Of a stretch of DNA of 64,000 nucleotides, positions 21,710 through 33,379 are shown one piece after another. The notes under the pieces were generated by a model. The model saw only the letters and a program-made list of their open reading frames with translations, searched no databases and was not told the origin of the DNA. Numbering within the stretch: position 1 is the first letter of the stretch; each line of letters starts with the position of its first letter. The stretch is from Pavona decussata (Eukaryota), in assembly GCA_977016875.1 (NCBI GenBank), contig CDRNST010000275.1, forward strand, positions 248,001 to 312,000, read 5' to 3'. Made by a program: the position numbers and the translations under genes.

Positions 21710-23729
21710 ATGGCTTCCTCGTTTACAGTACAAGGACCAGCTAATGAATCCCTTTGTAATTTGGAGGTAGCTTGTGATGCATCCCTTTGTAGACTTTTTC
21801 CTGAGTGGAAGAGAACTGATCGAACTTACATGTTCCCTCCGATTTTTCCATTCCGGTACATTGCTCCGACCGGCGAAGCCTCTGGCGCAGTTCCGCTTAG
21901 CAAGGACGTGAAGGGAGACGAAGCTGAATTGAGGATGTTTCGTGCTCTTGACAAGTTTGGACGAGAAGACAATCAGCCAATGTTCGTTCTGACGAAATTT
22001 GAATTTAAAGAATTCACCAAACAAGTTCTTTTGGGAAAACTCCCAACTGAAACTGTCGACTCTCTCTTCGCTAGTTTGAGTATAATGGACCTCCGGCTCG
22101 AGAAATCGATTTTCTTGTTGTGCACAGGAGGGCGGGAGTTGTCCTAGTAGAAGTAAAGGCAACGGAGAAGTTCAAAAGCAACCGCTATCTGGATGCTAAA
22201 AAACAGCTTGACGTAGCAGAAAAGGTTATTCGAGCTCTTTTGAATGCAATAGGCATAACACTTCCTGTTTACAAAGTTGTTGCCATGCCAAACGTGGCTG
22301 ACCCCGGCCGTGACGTTGCCGGCTACATCGATCTTCGAAAGCAACATTTAGTTTTGGGTGATAAGGACAGTGACGATGTCCGCCTACTTGTTCGTTGGTG
22401 GAAGGAACATTTTTGTGAAATGTGTTTTGACGAGGTAGGAGATACACTATTGAAGTTCATATCCATTCTTGTAGGACAGAGAGCGGCCATCAGCGCTACA
22501 GCCAACATTCTTGCAGGAGTGTCCAAAACAATTGATGAACAGAGCTTTCTTGAAAGGAGCTATGCTAAGCTTGCCAAGAAAGGGGAGCGTGGCTCTAAAA
22601 TGGTGGTAAAGCCAACTGTGAAAACCGGTTTAGGCATTTTGGCAAAACAATTTATGTTTTTGAACAGAGAACAACTACACGTATGGGAAGGCCCACGGTT
22701 GCAGATAATTATGGGTTCTCCAGGCAGTGGAAAGACAATTTTGCTTCAATTTAAGGCTTTGGAATGCGCAAAGAAGAATGAACAAGTGCTTGTTGTGGTA
22801 CCATCACCGCTTGACAAACTTTACACTGAATTCTTTACCAGGAATGGGTTAAACAGTGGTATAACTGTCGTCATCACTTTTCACCAACTTGCTGATTTTC
22901 TTTCCAAGGAAGCAGAGGTACCAACAGACCCATTCCATGTCTTTGTTGATGAGTTTCCAGCACTCTTTTTTGAAGAAAACAACTCTGAGTTACTAGAATC
23001 CTTCCGAGATTTCCTTTCGAAGCACCAGCATCAGTGGATTGTTGAAGATAGTGAGCAATTACTCCTTGCTGATCGATTTGAGTCATTTGAAAGGGAGCAA
23101 GACATGCACACTAGAATAGATCCCATACAAATTTCTTTATTTTGTTGTTTGTTATGCAAAGACAAAAACTTTGTATTTTCAACAAACCTGGTGACAATAA
23201 TGAGATACACAAATGAAATATACAACTTTCTTATTAAGCACTATTATCAGCTTTCGTCAGTAATTAAGTTGACAATTGATATGTCAAATCATGATGATTT
23301 CAACATCGATCAGACTGTTTCCAAATTACAAATTGGCCACAACATCTGTGGACCTCAGGTCATCGAGGAAAGAAGGACATATAAAACTTCCAAAGAACGT
23401 CTGCACCATTGCTTGCAGGTCATCAACAGTGAGCTCAATGAATGGTTGCTGCAGGATGACGAAGAAAAGCCTGATTTTTGCAAAGTTGCCATCCTAGTCA
23501 ACGACCAGAATGGGTTGATGAACTCTCTCCACACTTGAAGGGGCAAGGTATCCCAGTTTGTAGTATTGGAGATTTTAAAAATGCAGTTGTGCTGGATTAT
23601 GAAAGTCGTGCTTTATCTTATGAGTGGCCAATTGTGATTGCCATTTGCCAATCCAAGAGGAATTTTACGTCAACTTCACGAGCTACAGCTCGATTGCGAA
23701 TAATTTGGTGGCAGCAGTCTAGGAACTAG
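21710..23729 (+). pseudogene. Intronless NERD/PD-(D/E)xK nuclease + SF1 helicase (Schlafen-like C-terminus), about 673 aa when reconstructed; frameshifts at about 22100 and 23505
   Basis: Three overlapping ORFs join into one protein: GDEAE..F and EIDFLVVHRRAGVVLVEVK (NERD), AKKQL, NREQ...GSPGSGKT (Walker A), VFVDE (Walker B), and VVLDYESRALSYEWPIVI...TSRATARLRII (C-terminal helicase motifs). Confidence 0.85.
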
Positions 23730-24313
23730 CCCACAGCATGGCTGGTGGACTTTACGTCTCTGGCAAAATAGCTTCAATTTCATTTTATATGAAATTAGCT
23801 CCGTTGAATACTATGGTAGCACTTTTGTTATGTTTGTTTTAATGCAACTGAAGCGATTTGCGACAAATTTCGTCGCTTCATTCGCAATATAAACAAATTT
23901 TATTCACGTAATTTCCGCGATGTCCTTGAAAATACCTTTCTAACTCCTATGGTAGTGCGTCTTCAAAAGGTCTTTTCCTTAGCAACGTTTTTTTCTTTGT
24001 GAAAAATGTGCTGTATGATGGTTTCAATACAAATAAATGTTTGGAAGCGATGAGTCACACAACAAACTTGGCCGTTCTCTAGTCCGACTTTGAGTTGAAA
24101 AAAATTGGCTGCATTCAATCTGATTAACTACTGAGATGCTTGCGTAGAAAAGGAATCTAATCTGAGTTAAGAATGCCTTCAACTTTCCTGTTGTTTCAGT
24201 TCCACTTATAATTTTTTAATCGTCTTTTCCTTATTGCTTAAATCAGCATAATAATCAATTACATGGTTTCATTGCTAATGCCAAGTGCCGTGACACATGT
24301 CCTGTGAAACTGT

Positions 24314-24422
24314 TAGCCTGCGAACACAGAGGTATTACCGGCTGTCGCTTCTCTCCGCCGAAAAAGTTTTCGGCGGAAAGAAGCGACAGCCGGTACAGTT
24401 ATACCTCTGCGTTCACAGGTTA
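24314..24422. mobile_element. Hairpin MITE, TAGCCTG family, perfect 9-bp TSD
   Basis: tagcctgcgaacacagaggta...tacctctgcgttcacaggtta. TSD tgaaactgt is at 24305-24313 and 24423-24431. Confidence 0.9.
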
Positions 24423-25291
24423 TGAAACTGTAGACAAGGATACCTTTGGATATGTGACGGCATTGAACAAAATCTACAGTAGGAGGGCAGGAGTAGAAGA
24501 ACCATTTCCATTTTACTTTGTAACATGCTTCTTTTGCTACTGGGCATACTTTCTGTGTGTCTCGAGGTGGTAAAAAAAAAAAAAAAAAAAAAAAACAGGT
24601 GGGATCTCTTAAGGACGTCGCGGTGACTTAAACAAAGGTAGTCCTGCCCGCTGTTTGACTATGCGGGAAAAGCAGGTATTAGCAAAGGCCTATTGGTTTC
24701 CAAAATTAAAGGAAAACTGAGGGTAAGACGATGGGCCAACGACGTCAACCAAACAGCCTTTGCTGCTCTTTCCGCATAGCCATATTAAAACAACGCAAAA
24801 ATATCTTTGTAAACCGCCCAGCCAGCGACTATTGTCATGCGATCAATCAAGCAAAGAAGCTGAGAGCAAGGGTCCTATCCAGTTCCGGTACAATTTGATT
24901 TCAAACCTGGACGATATAAACGGTGATATTGTTATGTTCGATTTAATTGTTAATTGTTTCCGTTACTTCTGAGTGGAATGCCTGTAAACTAGCTTTGGGT
25001 AGCTAAGTGTATTTCCACTATAAAAAAAAGAATTTTAGTTTTTATTTATTATTTATTTTTTGATCCTTCACAGTGGTGCATGAGACTTGTGTTCGTTTTT
25101 ACCTCGGCTTGCGTCAGTGCGCGTGTGCTAAGGTCTCAGATTCTGTCCGTGCTCAGGTTAGCCGCGTCATTCTTTGCCACTGTGATGTCTGTGTACGAAC
25201 CTTAACATGACGTCGCCCCTGCAACTTGGGGATAAGTTTTGTTTCAGCGAGTTTCACACAAAATACGAAAAAAGAGTTAAACTAGCGGTTC

Positions 25292-25447
25292 CTGACAGAA
25301 AGTGAAGAGCTGTGAGCAAAATGCTCCGGCAGTGAAGTGTGGCAGGAGGTGAAGTGCTGCGAGCAGATGTATGGCGGACTGACACATTTATTTGACAGAA
25401 GATGAAGTGCTGCGAGCAGATGTTCTGGTAATGAAGTGTGTCAGAAC
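25292..25447. repeat. Degenerate short tandem repeat (TGAAGTGCTGCGAGCAGATG core)
   Basis: The core recurs about three times with interleaved TGAAGTGTG variants. Confidence 0.6.
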
Positions 25448-26341
25448 TACTAGTTTAAGAAAAAAAAATCATACACTTCCTGCTTCCATCTATTCCCTGT
25501 AATGTGCTTTTTACTATTAAATACACCACAAATGCTACATTTACATGTATATTGAAAATTTATTCATAACAAAAAAATTACTGATGATCAACAGTAAACA
25601 ATGCAGTAACATTTCACAGCAGAGCATTTCCAAAAAAATGAGTTAGGACATTTATTAAATAAAGAGGTCTTAAAAATTTTACTTACACTGGTATGGTATT
25701 AAAATTTGATACAAGCAGCTATGCTGTACAGTAGACCCTACTGACACTCAAGTGATCAAAGCACATGAATAAAACAGGAATTCACAAAAGTTGATCATTT
25801 CTACTGTTGCTCCCACTCTTTTATTTAAATGGCAGGTGTTTTGGATAATCTAAACCTCTGCATTTGCCTGTCCCTGAGAGGGCTGGGAGCGAGTTATTAA
25901 AATCAGAATTCCTCAGAGTTTACTGGACAAAGCACAACAACAATAAAATGATAAGTGGTCTCTTTCCTGAAAATTTGAGCAGTTTCCAAGGGGAAAACAT
26001 GCTCCCATTCCTCGGAATAGTAGAACATGCCTTACATGGAGTTTGTATACAACAGCCAACGCTTGAAAAAAGGACTTAAAAAAAGAAGCAAGACTAGATA
26101 CGAGGGTTCCCAGTGTCAAGATTGCCAGTGATTGAGATCACAGGGCCTACTGTAATTTAAAACATTTAACATGACGGCTAATAAATACTGCCCAATTTCA
26201 ACTGAAATTTGAATTGGTCAGTGATTTTCTACATCAAGGACCCCTGAATTATTTGGGAATTGGTCAGACTTGAGCCTAGACTTGCTTGCAAGTCGAGCTT
26301 AGAGAGTGCGAAGCCATATATACAATTGTAAATAAAGACTA

Positions 26342-26713
26342 TAGCCTACAGGTGTAAGGCATAAATGGGGAGTGGGGCAAGAAAGCGGTGTCAGAAAAAG
26401 AGGGACCGAACTACTTTTGTTATGCCACTTTTATCTCACTCCCCCTTCTCCAACCCCACCCCTACACCCCCCCTGCTCCCTCAACAATAGACCTTATTCA
26501 AAAACTATATGCTAATTGCACATTACAAACCATGTGATATTCTCAGGAGAATCAATCCTTTGTCTTTTTTGAAGTAAAGAATGCATGCCAGTGTAGAAAT
26601 AACCAATTCTAAAAGAGATTTTGGTATTTCCTAGAGTGCCGTAACATGCTCTGTAATGGGGTACAACTAAACAACAAAGCAACTAAGGTCTATTGTGTCT
26701 GCTACACAGGTTA
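26342..26713. mobile_element. Degenerate TAGCCT-family MITE with a nested MITE (26485-26695)
   Basis: The outer TSD is taaagacta/caaagacta (9 bp). The inner termini are caatagacctt...aaggtctattg. Confidence 0.6.
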
Positions 26714-27761
26714 CAAAGACTACAAATTTTGACCTAGAGTTACCAGATGTATAGACGTGTTTACACCGCCATTAATTAAGTACTGTAATTGTCTTTTTTC
26801 TCCAAACCGATACAAAATATATCACTCTTGCCAACAGTGAGAGAAGCAGGCAAGTCAATGATGCAGGCAACCTTGTCAAGCACTGGTAAATAAGTGTTAA
26901 CAATTAACCCCATTTGTTTTATTTTACTCCTTATTAATCGAGAAAGTGGCATGAGCCATTTTCTTTACCAATTAATGACAGAACACAGAAAAACAACACT
27001 AATTAAAAACAAAATGGTTGTGAAACTTGTGTTTGAGTGATTACATGCACTTAACATATTTTGATCCCCAATGTTTTCTGTTCTTTTGAAGTCATACAAA
27101 ATTTGTTAGGCATGTGAATAACTTGCAGAAAATGCCCCAAAAGCCACAATTTAACCAAACATTCAATTCTGTTGGTTTTCTTTAAGTTTCACTATAATGA
27201 CTTTTTGAAAGCGCATTAATGCAATAAAGTGCAATATCACAAATGCTTTAAAAAAATTACAACTTTCTAATAGCATCTTTAACCAGGTTGTAAAATATAT
27301 GTGGCCAGAATGTCTGCAGGGACTGCTTGAAATACAGTTCTGTCATATACATGGGAACACTGATTCGATCACTGCTATCAGAAGCTTAACACTGTACTTC
27401 AGACTTTTATTTCAAACAGACTTGTAAATTAAAGTCCAATTTCTCTTCACTTTCCTTATATTGCTTTGCCAGAGCATTGCGACATACCAGCAAAATATGA
27501 GAACTGAGTTTATGCAAACAATGTTAAATTAAAAACAAGCATACAGTATGTATAGCATCTGACATGTCAATAACAAGTGTCCTTGTCTTAATGCTAACTA
27601 ACAGTATAAAGTGATAAAACTATGAACAAATACAACTTTTTTTTTTACAAAACAAGCATTTACACCATGTATTCTACTTCCAAAAAGCCAAACTGATAAG
27701 CTTTCTTTTACACTTGCTATATTCATACTCTTATTAAAGTCCTTTGCATCTGAAGCCCAAC

Positions 27762-30700
27762 TTAGGCCCTTGTTTTATCTCCCTCCCAGGCCACCTCAGT
27801 CAGTCTGATCACTCTCACCCGACGGTAGTAAAGAACGCAGAGGACGAAAAATATAATCACCAGAATAAAGCCACAGATCTATAAAAAAGGTATTCAGTAA
27901 TAAACTGTAGTTAGTTATAATACCCTCAATGACAATGAACTAAATGATAACAAGATAGCTCAAGTTTCCGCTTATAGTCAAGTTTTCTTTTTTACTCTTA
28001 AACCTGTACATTGTACATTAAAACTGTCTGATTTTCAGAAACTGAATGTTATTATTTTTTATGTTTGCATGAGCCTGAAATGTTAAAAGCACGACTGTTC
28101 TTAATAAGTTACAATGTACATGGTATAGAATTTCAGAAAACTGACATGAATGTGACCAGGAAAAAACCTACGCACCCAGCTAGATTCAAAGTACAGGGTG
28201 TATGTTACCATCCCAATCTTGGCCAGCTTTGCTCCAAAAAAATATCCATCATAAAGGAACAAAGCAGGAAATACAGTTAGCCAAATTTGGGGAGAAAGGC
28301 TGGGGCAGGAAACATTTAGGCAGCTAAAATTATTTTACTGTAAGTTAAGATTTTTTCGTGGCAAAGCCAGGGTGGAAGCTAGTTGTAGCACCACTCAGAC
28401 ACACCAAGTACATGTACATGACTGTATTTATACGACATAGAAAGGATGCCTGAGTAGCATTAAGGTAATGAACTCAAAATAAACATTAGACACACTGTAA
28501 CAGTGTTCCAGATAGATAAGAGAGGGGCACCAGGTTAAAAACCTGACAATGAGCACTGGTGTCCTGACCTAGGAAATGGACAGACCTACACCCACATGTA
28601 TTAACCCCTTCAAATTATTCATCAAATTATTGACTCCTTGCCTTTAAATGTTAAACGGAACACTGACGCAACAGCCACTCTTAAATGACAATACCGCAGG
28701 CATACATTTTGCTTCATTTGAGCTTGGGTTCATGAATTTACTCCGACAATGAAAGTAAACTTACCGCAGCAATAATAAACTGTGCTGAACCCTTGGTCCA
28801 CTGAGACAACAGAGCAGAGGAGAACAGGAAAAAGAAGAAGTAGGACAGGGAATAACTCAGCAGGAATATCCACTGCAAAAAAAATTATAATGATACTTTG
28901 CATTAGTCAACTGAAAGAGGCATTGATTCATTGGAACTTCATTTCCCAAGAATATACAATCTGGTAGAATGTAGAATCTGGTTTCTCCTGTCAGTAGCAA
29001 TCTTATAAATTAATATGTACAGTACGTGCAGTGGAAGTTTTCTGATAATTATAACAAACCCAGTTCAACGGATTATGACTGCAGTTCAGAAGACCAACTG
29101 TCAAAGGAATGCTTGTCCATTACCAGTTGAACAACTGCTGTACATATTTACGTGTATACATTAGAGATGGTGTGTCCCAGAAAATATCCAAAACCCACTC
29201 CCCCCCACCCCCCTCCACTTTACGGAAGGGATTGGAAATTCCAGGAAAGGTGGGGGACTAAATGGATGATAAATCAGAGATGCTTTGTTGAAGAAATTAG
29301 TGACTTCAATGTTATGCTTCCCTGAAGCAAGATAGAGGGTTCTCATTACCATCAACTTGGATAGTTCAGTTCTGAATGCTCTCCTGACCTGTTGCCAATC
29401 AGATACTTACTTTTCCTTACGGCTGAACACTCAATTTGTGCTAATTTATTAAAAAATACATCAGAAGCTGGTATTGCGTCAAGTTATAATGGATTACTCA
29501 CCAGTGAATACTCCCTTTGCCACACACCCAGTATTTTGACCTTGCAACAACCAATCACATGGAAGAAGATAATCAACAAAGCTCCGATCCAACACAGGGC
29601 ACTGACAACGAGGAAGAATCCATAATGTGAAAACAGGCTAGAGTCTTCGTGACTCAGAACCAATGCAAATGCAATGATGCCAAGAACCTGAAAATAATTA
29701 AAATGAAATTTATTATCCCAAGCATTCAAAATTGAGAACCCAATAACTAAATTTCCACAAACTACTATACAACTTGAACATCCTACATGTAATTGGAAAC
29801 TATCTAACAACTATGACAGCTGAAAAATTCTGGCCATTGGTTTTCTTTAACACAGCCAATTTGGTTTTCCTAGTGCATTAAGAAACTGTTAATGTAATTT
29901 GTTTTTCCACAATACGTTAAGGTACAGAAGAGGGAATTGGCCACCAACCAAAAAAGTTTATAAAGTTAGACATGCCAACATTTTCAAGTTCTTACAACGT
30001 GTTTACTTCTAAAGTTAATAAATAAAAACTACAGTGTAATGATGATAATAGGTTAATTGTCACTGACAGCTTGTTCTTGCTGTGAAAATTCACTTGGTGA
30101 CTTAGAAGCAGTTCTGTGATGCCTGACAAAGGTTAACGTAATAGATAAATAATTTTTGATCTCAATTTAGCAATTTTCTTAAACAGAATAAAACCCACTG
30201 CCCCTTTAAAGATTTTCAGTTTGAGTAACTGATGTTGGGAATTTAAGCTTGATCCAGTTTATAACACATCATTGCTCAAAAACAATGACAAAACAACATC
30301 ACCAGAAGACACTAGAAAGTAGAATTTTCAATCATTTATGTGTAAGCAGTTATGCATATTAGCAAACAAGGCATTTATTACAAATTATAAACAAACACAA
30401 TTCTCAGTTGTACAGAGTCCTCCAATCTGTTCAGTTATATTCCCTTTGACAGCTTGTCATAACATTTTTGGTCTGTCAGTCATGCAAAGTGCTAGTAAGG
30501 GTCATAAATTTGTTTAGCCATTTCTTGATTAAAAAAAAAGCTGCATCACTTGCCAAGCATACTTTACGTATACCTATAGTTACCAGCTATTTAGCAATGC
30601 TCATAAAATTTGTTTGAATACTTTATAATGATGGCCTGACGTGGGTTTAATTTTATGCATAGCATTAAATTCTAATGAGCTATAAATAATCAAAATGTGT

Positions 30701-31181
30701 GATTTACTCCTTAAACCATTTACAGTGCAATGTCTTGAAGTAGTAAAGCTAAACGAAAATTGCAGTCCTTTCCCGATAACAACGACTTAAAGAAGTTGAA
30801 AAAAATCAAAATCCTTACCGTCCAACATAAGCTTCAGCTTACGTGTGTTTAGATACTGGAAAATTTTTTCAGTTCACTTGTCTTACACAAAAGGCTGAAG
30901 GGTGCGGTACAATGTATGTAACATACTAGTTCTTAATTGCCTGCATATTTAAAATAACTCTATACACAAAAATGTCTAATTTCCAAAAAGGTTCCAACTT
31001 AACTGTAGGGCGCAAATCGAAGCCAATAAAATGCTACAAACAATCGAAAGTAACCAATTAAAACTCAAAGAAGCAGTTTAAATGTCGTTCGACTTTCACT
31101 TACGAGTTGCAGCAAATACAGGATTCCTTCGATTGAAATCAAAAAGTAGGTTTTGCATCCATAGCTGTCCCCTTCACCCAT
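27762..31181 (-). CDS. MARVEL-domain-like four-transmembrane protein (MAL/plasmolipin/CMTM-like), 162 aa. Coding exons 31181-31104, 29687-29502, 28872-28765, 27878-27762
   Basis: Three phase-0 GT-AG introns join MGEGDSYGCKTYFLISIEGILYLLQL / VLGIIAFALVL...YGFFLVVSALCWIGALLIIFFHVIG... / WIFLLSYSLSYFFFFLFSSALL...FIIAA / ICGFILVIIFFVLCVLYYRR...KTRA*. There are four hydrophobic helices and the MARVEL-type 'FL.S..GIL.LLQ' start. Confidence 0.85.
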
Positions 31182-31947
31182 ACTTCAAGTCGATCTCTGA
31201 AGAGTTAAAATACAAATGAGATTACTTGTCAAAGCTGAGTCGCTGTTTCGAACGGTAAATCGCAAACAGATACCGTATGAGCGTACAGCTAACACTCGCA
31301 TTTTGCTTACAAGGTATTTCACGTACCCTTAAAGACGTTTAGTCGCTTGAAGAGTGTAAATTCATCGCTTAATTCCCACTTCGAAACTAAATTGTAGGTA
31401 TAAAAAGGTGATTTTCCCACGAAACTACTAAAATGGGTCTAAAATGCACCAAAGCTCATGTAAACGCCGAAATTTCGCTGTCAACAACTTGAGCGACGCG
31501 TTCGTCTGAAGTGTTGCAACCCGAGCAAAAACACGAAAATAAAACTTCATTTCAGAATGTATATTTAACAAGACGTTTCTACATTTTGTAAACTATTTTC
31601 TTACCATAAATCCCAGGACAACAATATCACAGTACCGTCGGTCAAGACGAAAGTTTTGCTCCAGTTAGTTCGCCGACACTCGCGTGAAACGTGAAAACTC
31701 ACTTAGCTTTCTGGAACATCATATCCAGCGGCTTTTTCATACATTAGCATAATTACGTTGGACTCTCTTAGTATCTTATTCAGTTGTTTTGGGTACGCCG
31801 CAAGAAGTAGACAAAATACGCAAGTTGAAATGGTAGAAAGAGAAAAATCAAATACAAGTTCTTTTTAATGTTATCTTTTCTTTTTAATGGGGAATTGGAA
31901 CGGGCGCAGAAAAGTAGGGGGAGGGGTGGGGGATAGGTCAGAGGGAT

Positions 31948-32028
31948 CAATCTCGTTCTCAGAGCCCTCGTTACCCTTGTCCAGCGGAACGAAAACCGAG
32001 GGTACTGAGGACTCTGGGAACGAGATTG
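31948..32028. mobile_element. Small MITE (CAATCTCGTT...AACGAGATTG)
   Basis: TIRs are caatctcgttctcagag / ctctgggaacgagattg. The flanking 9-mers are an imperfect match (cagagggat/ccgagcgat). Confidence 0.7.
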
Positions 32029-32139
32029 CCGAGCGATAGGTCCGCATAGAGTGAGTAGGCCTGGCAATAGTAGTTGTCCGAATTTTTTGGGAGCGACGGG
32101 ATCGGAACGAGGACGGAGAAGACAATCAAATAAAGCAAG

Positions 32140-32469
32140 TGACACACTCAGACACCAACCCACGGCCTGGCCAGTACCTTACGAATGCGCACAGCCATAT
32201 CACCCGGGCAGTGGCAGCCATGGACAGCTGTTTCGGCCTTGTTGGGCCTCATCAGCATGGCGTAGCCGTCGGGTCAAAGAGCGGGGGTTAACCCGCGTAT
32301 CAGAGACCCTTTACTGCCGCATGCCGTGCACGCATGCCGTGGGAGAACTGCCGTGCGGTTCCCAGCCAACAGCTACCACATGTGTGCTGTGGAGCTGTCG
32401 CTGAAAGGGGTGTTTTACACTCGCCAATGTAGAAAGTCGTACTTGTACTTAGAGGTACTATGCCACCCA
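32140..32469 (-). mobile_element. Retrozyme-like non-autonomous element, single monomer of about 330 nt
   Basis: A GC-rich non-coding island in AT-rich context that carries a type I hammerhead. Boundaries are approximate. Confidence 0.7.
32217..32261 (-). ncRNA. Type I hammerhead ribozyme
   Basis: The minus strand reads gccaug-CUGAUGA-ggcc(caacaa)ggcc-GAAA-cagcug-UC-cauggc. All core nucleotides are present, with a 6-bp stem I, a 4-bp stem II, a minimal palindromic stem III and a GUC cleavage triplet. Confidence 0.93.
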
Positions 32470-33093
32470 AGGTGCATGCGTGCGTTGATGAAAGCATTTT
32501 GAAATCGTTGGCCCTACTTTTTCAAAAACCGTCGGAGAGTTCAGGAAGCTGTTTTCATCTGTTTGAATCGTGTTCATCTTCGGAAAGTTAGCTGAATTTT
32601 TTATTTGCAAACCTTCTTTAGTAATGACAGAAGCTGTTTGTTTCGATATTTTTGAAAGCCTTTGCATGGCGGAAAAGCAAAAATCCCTCGACGAGTTGCA
32701 TGCAAATTATTTTAACCGAACTCTACTGCGCATTTTTCCCGGCTGACAGAGTCCCTTTAAATCTGAAGGACCTTATTACAGTTTATTACGCATCGACTAT
32801 GGCAACGCGAACCATATGCATGATGGAAGACAAAATACTTCTTCCTTAGTTATCAGATAGATATACTATGTGACTGCGAACTATTGGCGACAACAGCATC
32901 TCTTCTCGTGAAAGCCAGCGTCAATTGGAGGTATTGTCTGCGAATATAAGTGTTGGCAGCAGATCCGCCATGAGCACATTGAGCGGCGTTTTAAATCGCC
33001 TTTTCCCCATTGCCCCCTCTGCTTTGCTGCTCGTTGGCCCATATTTCCTCTTCACCCAACATCCCGCCTGCTAAGCGGGCGATTCTCATTTGT

Positions 33094-33379
33094 ATAGGGA
33101 TTTTTTCAATTGAGTGTCGAAAGTAATTTCGCGTTTTTTTTGGTTTCCCATTACTATGATCTGTGATTGGTTAACAAAACTCGCGCCACTTTCTCAACCA
33201 ATGGGAATCCAAACCAAAACCAATCGAGTTTTGTTCGCACGCGTTTTTCTGCGCTTAACGCCAGTCATGTATTTGCTTCGAATTCTACTTGGCTCGTTGT
33301 GTTGTTTACATCTGTTGCGATTGGCCAGAGTAATTACTTTGGTTTTGGTTTTACGGCACTCAATTGGAATCCGCTCTAT
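33094..33379. mobile_element. Non-autonomous TIR element (ATAG..TTCAATTGAGTG...CACTCAATTGGAA..CTAT)
   Basis: Terminal inverted repeats; related to the partial copy at 633-820. Confidence 0.7.

Noticed and set aside
22085-23520. Programmed -1 ribosomal frameshifting in the NERD-helicase
   Set aside because: There is no X XXY YYZ slippery heptamer or obvious stimulatory structure at either break.
31182-31196. In-frame UGA before the MARVEL ATG as selenocysteine
   Set aside because: I recognise no SECIS element, there is no redox context, and the upstream exon itself is unconfirmed.
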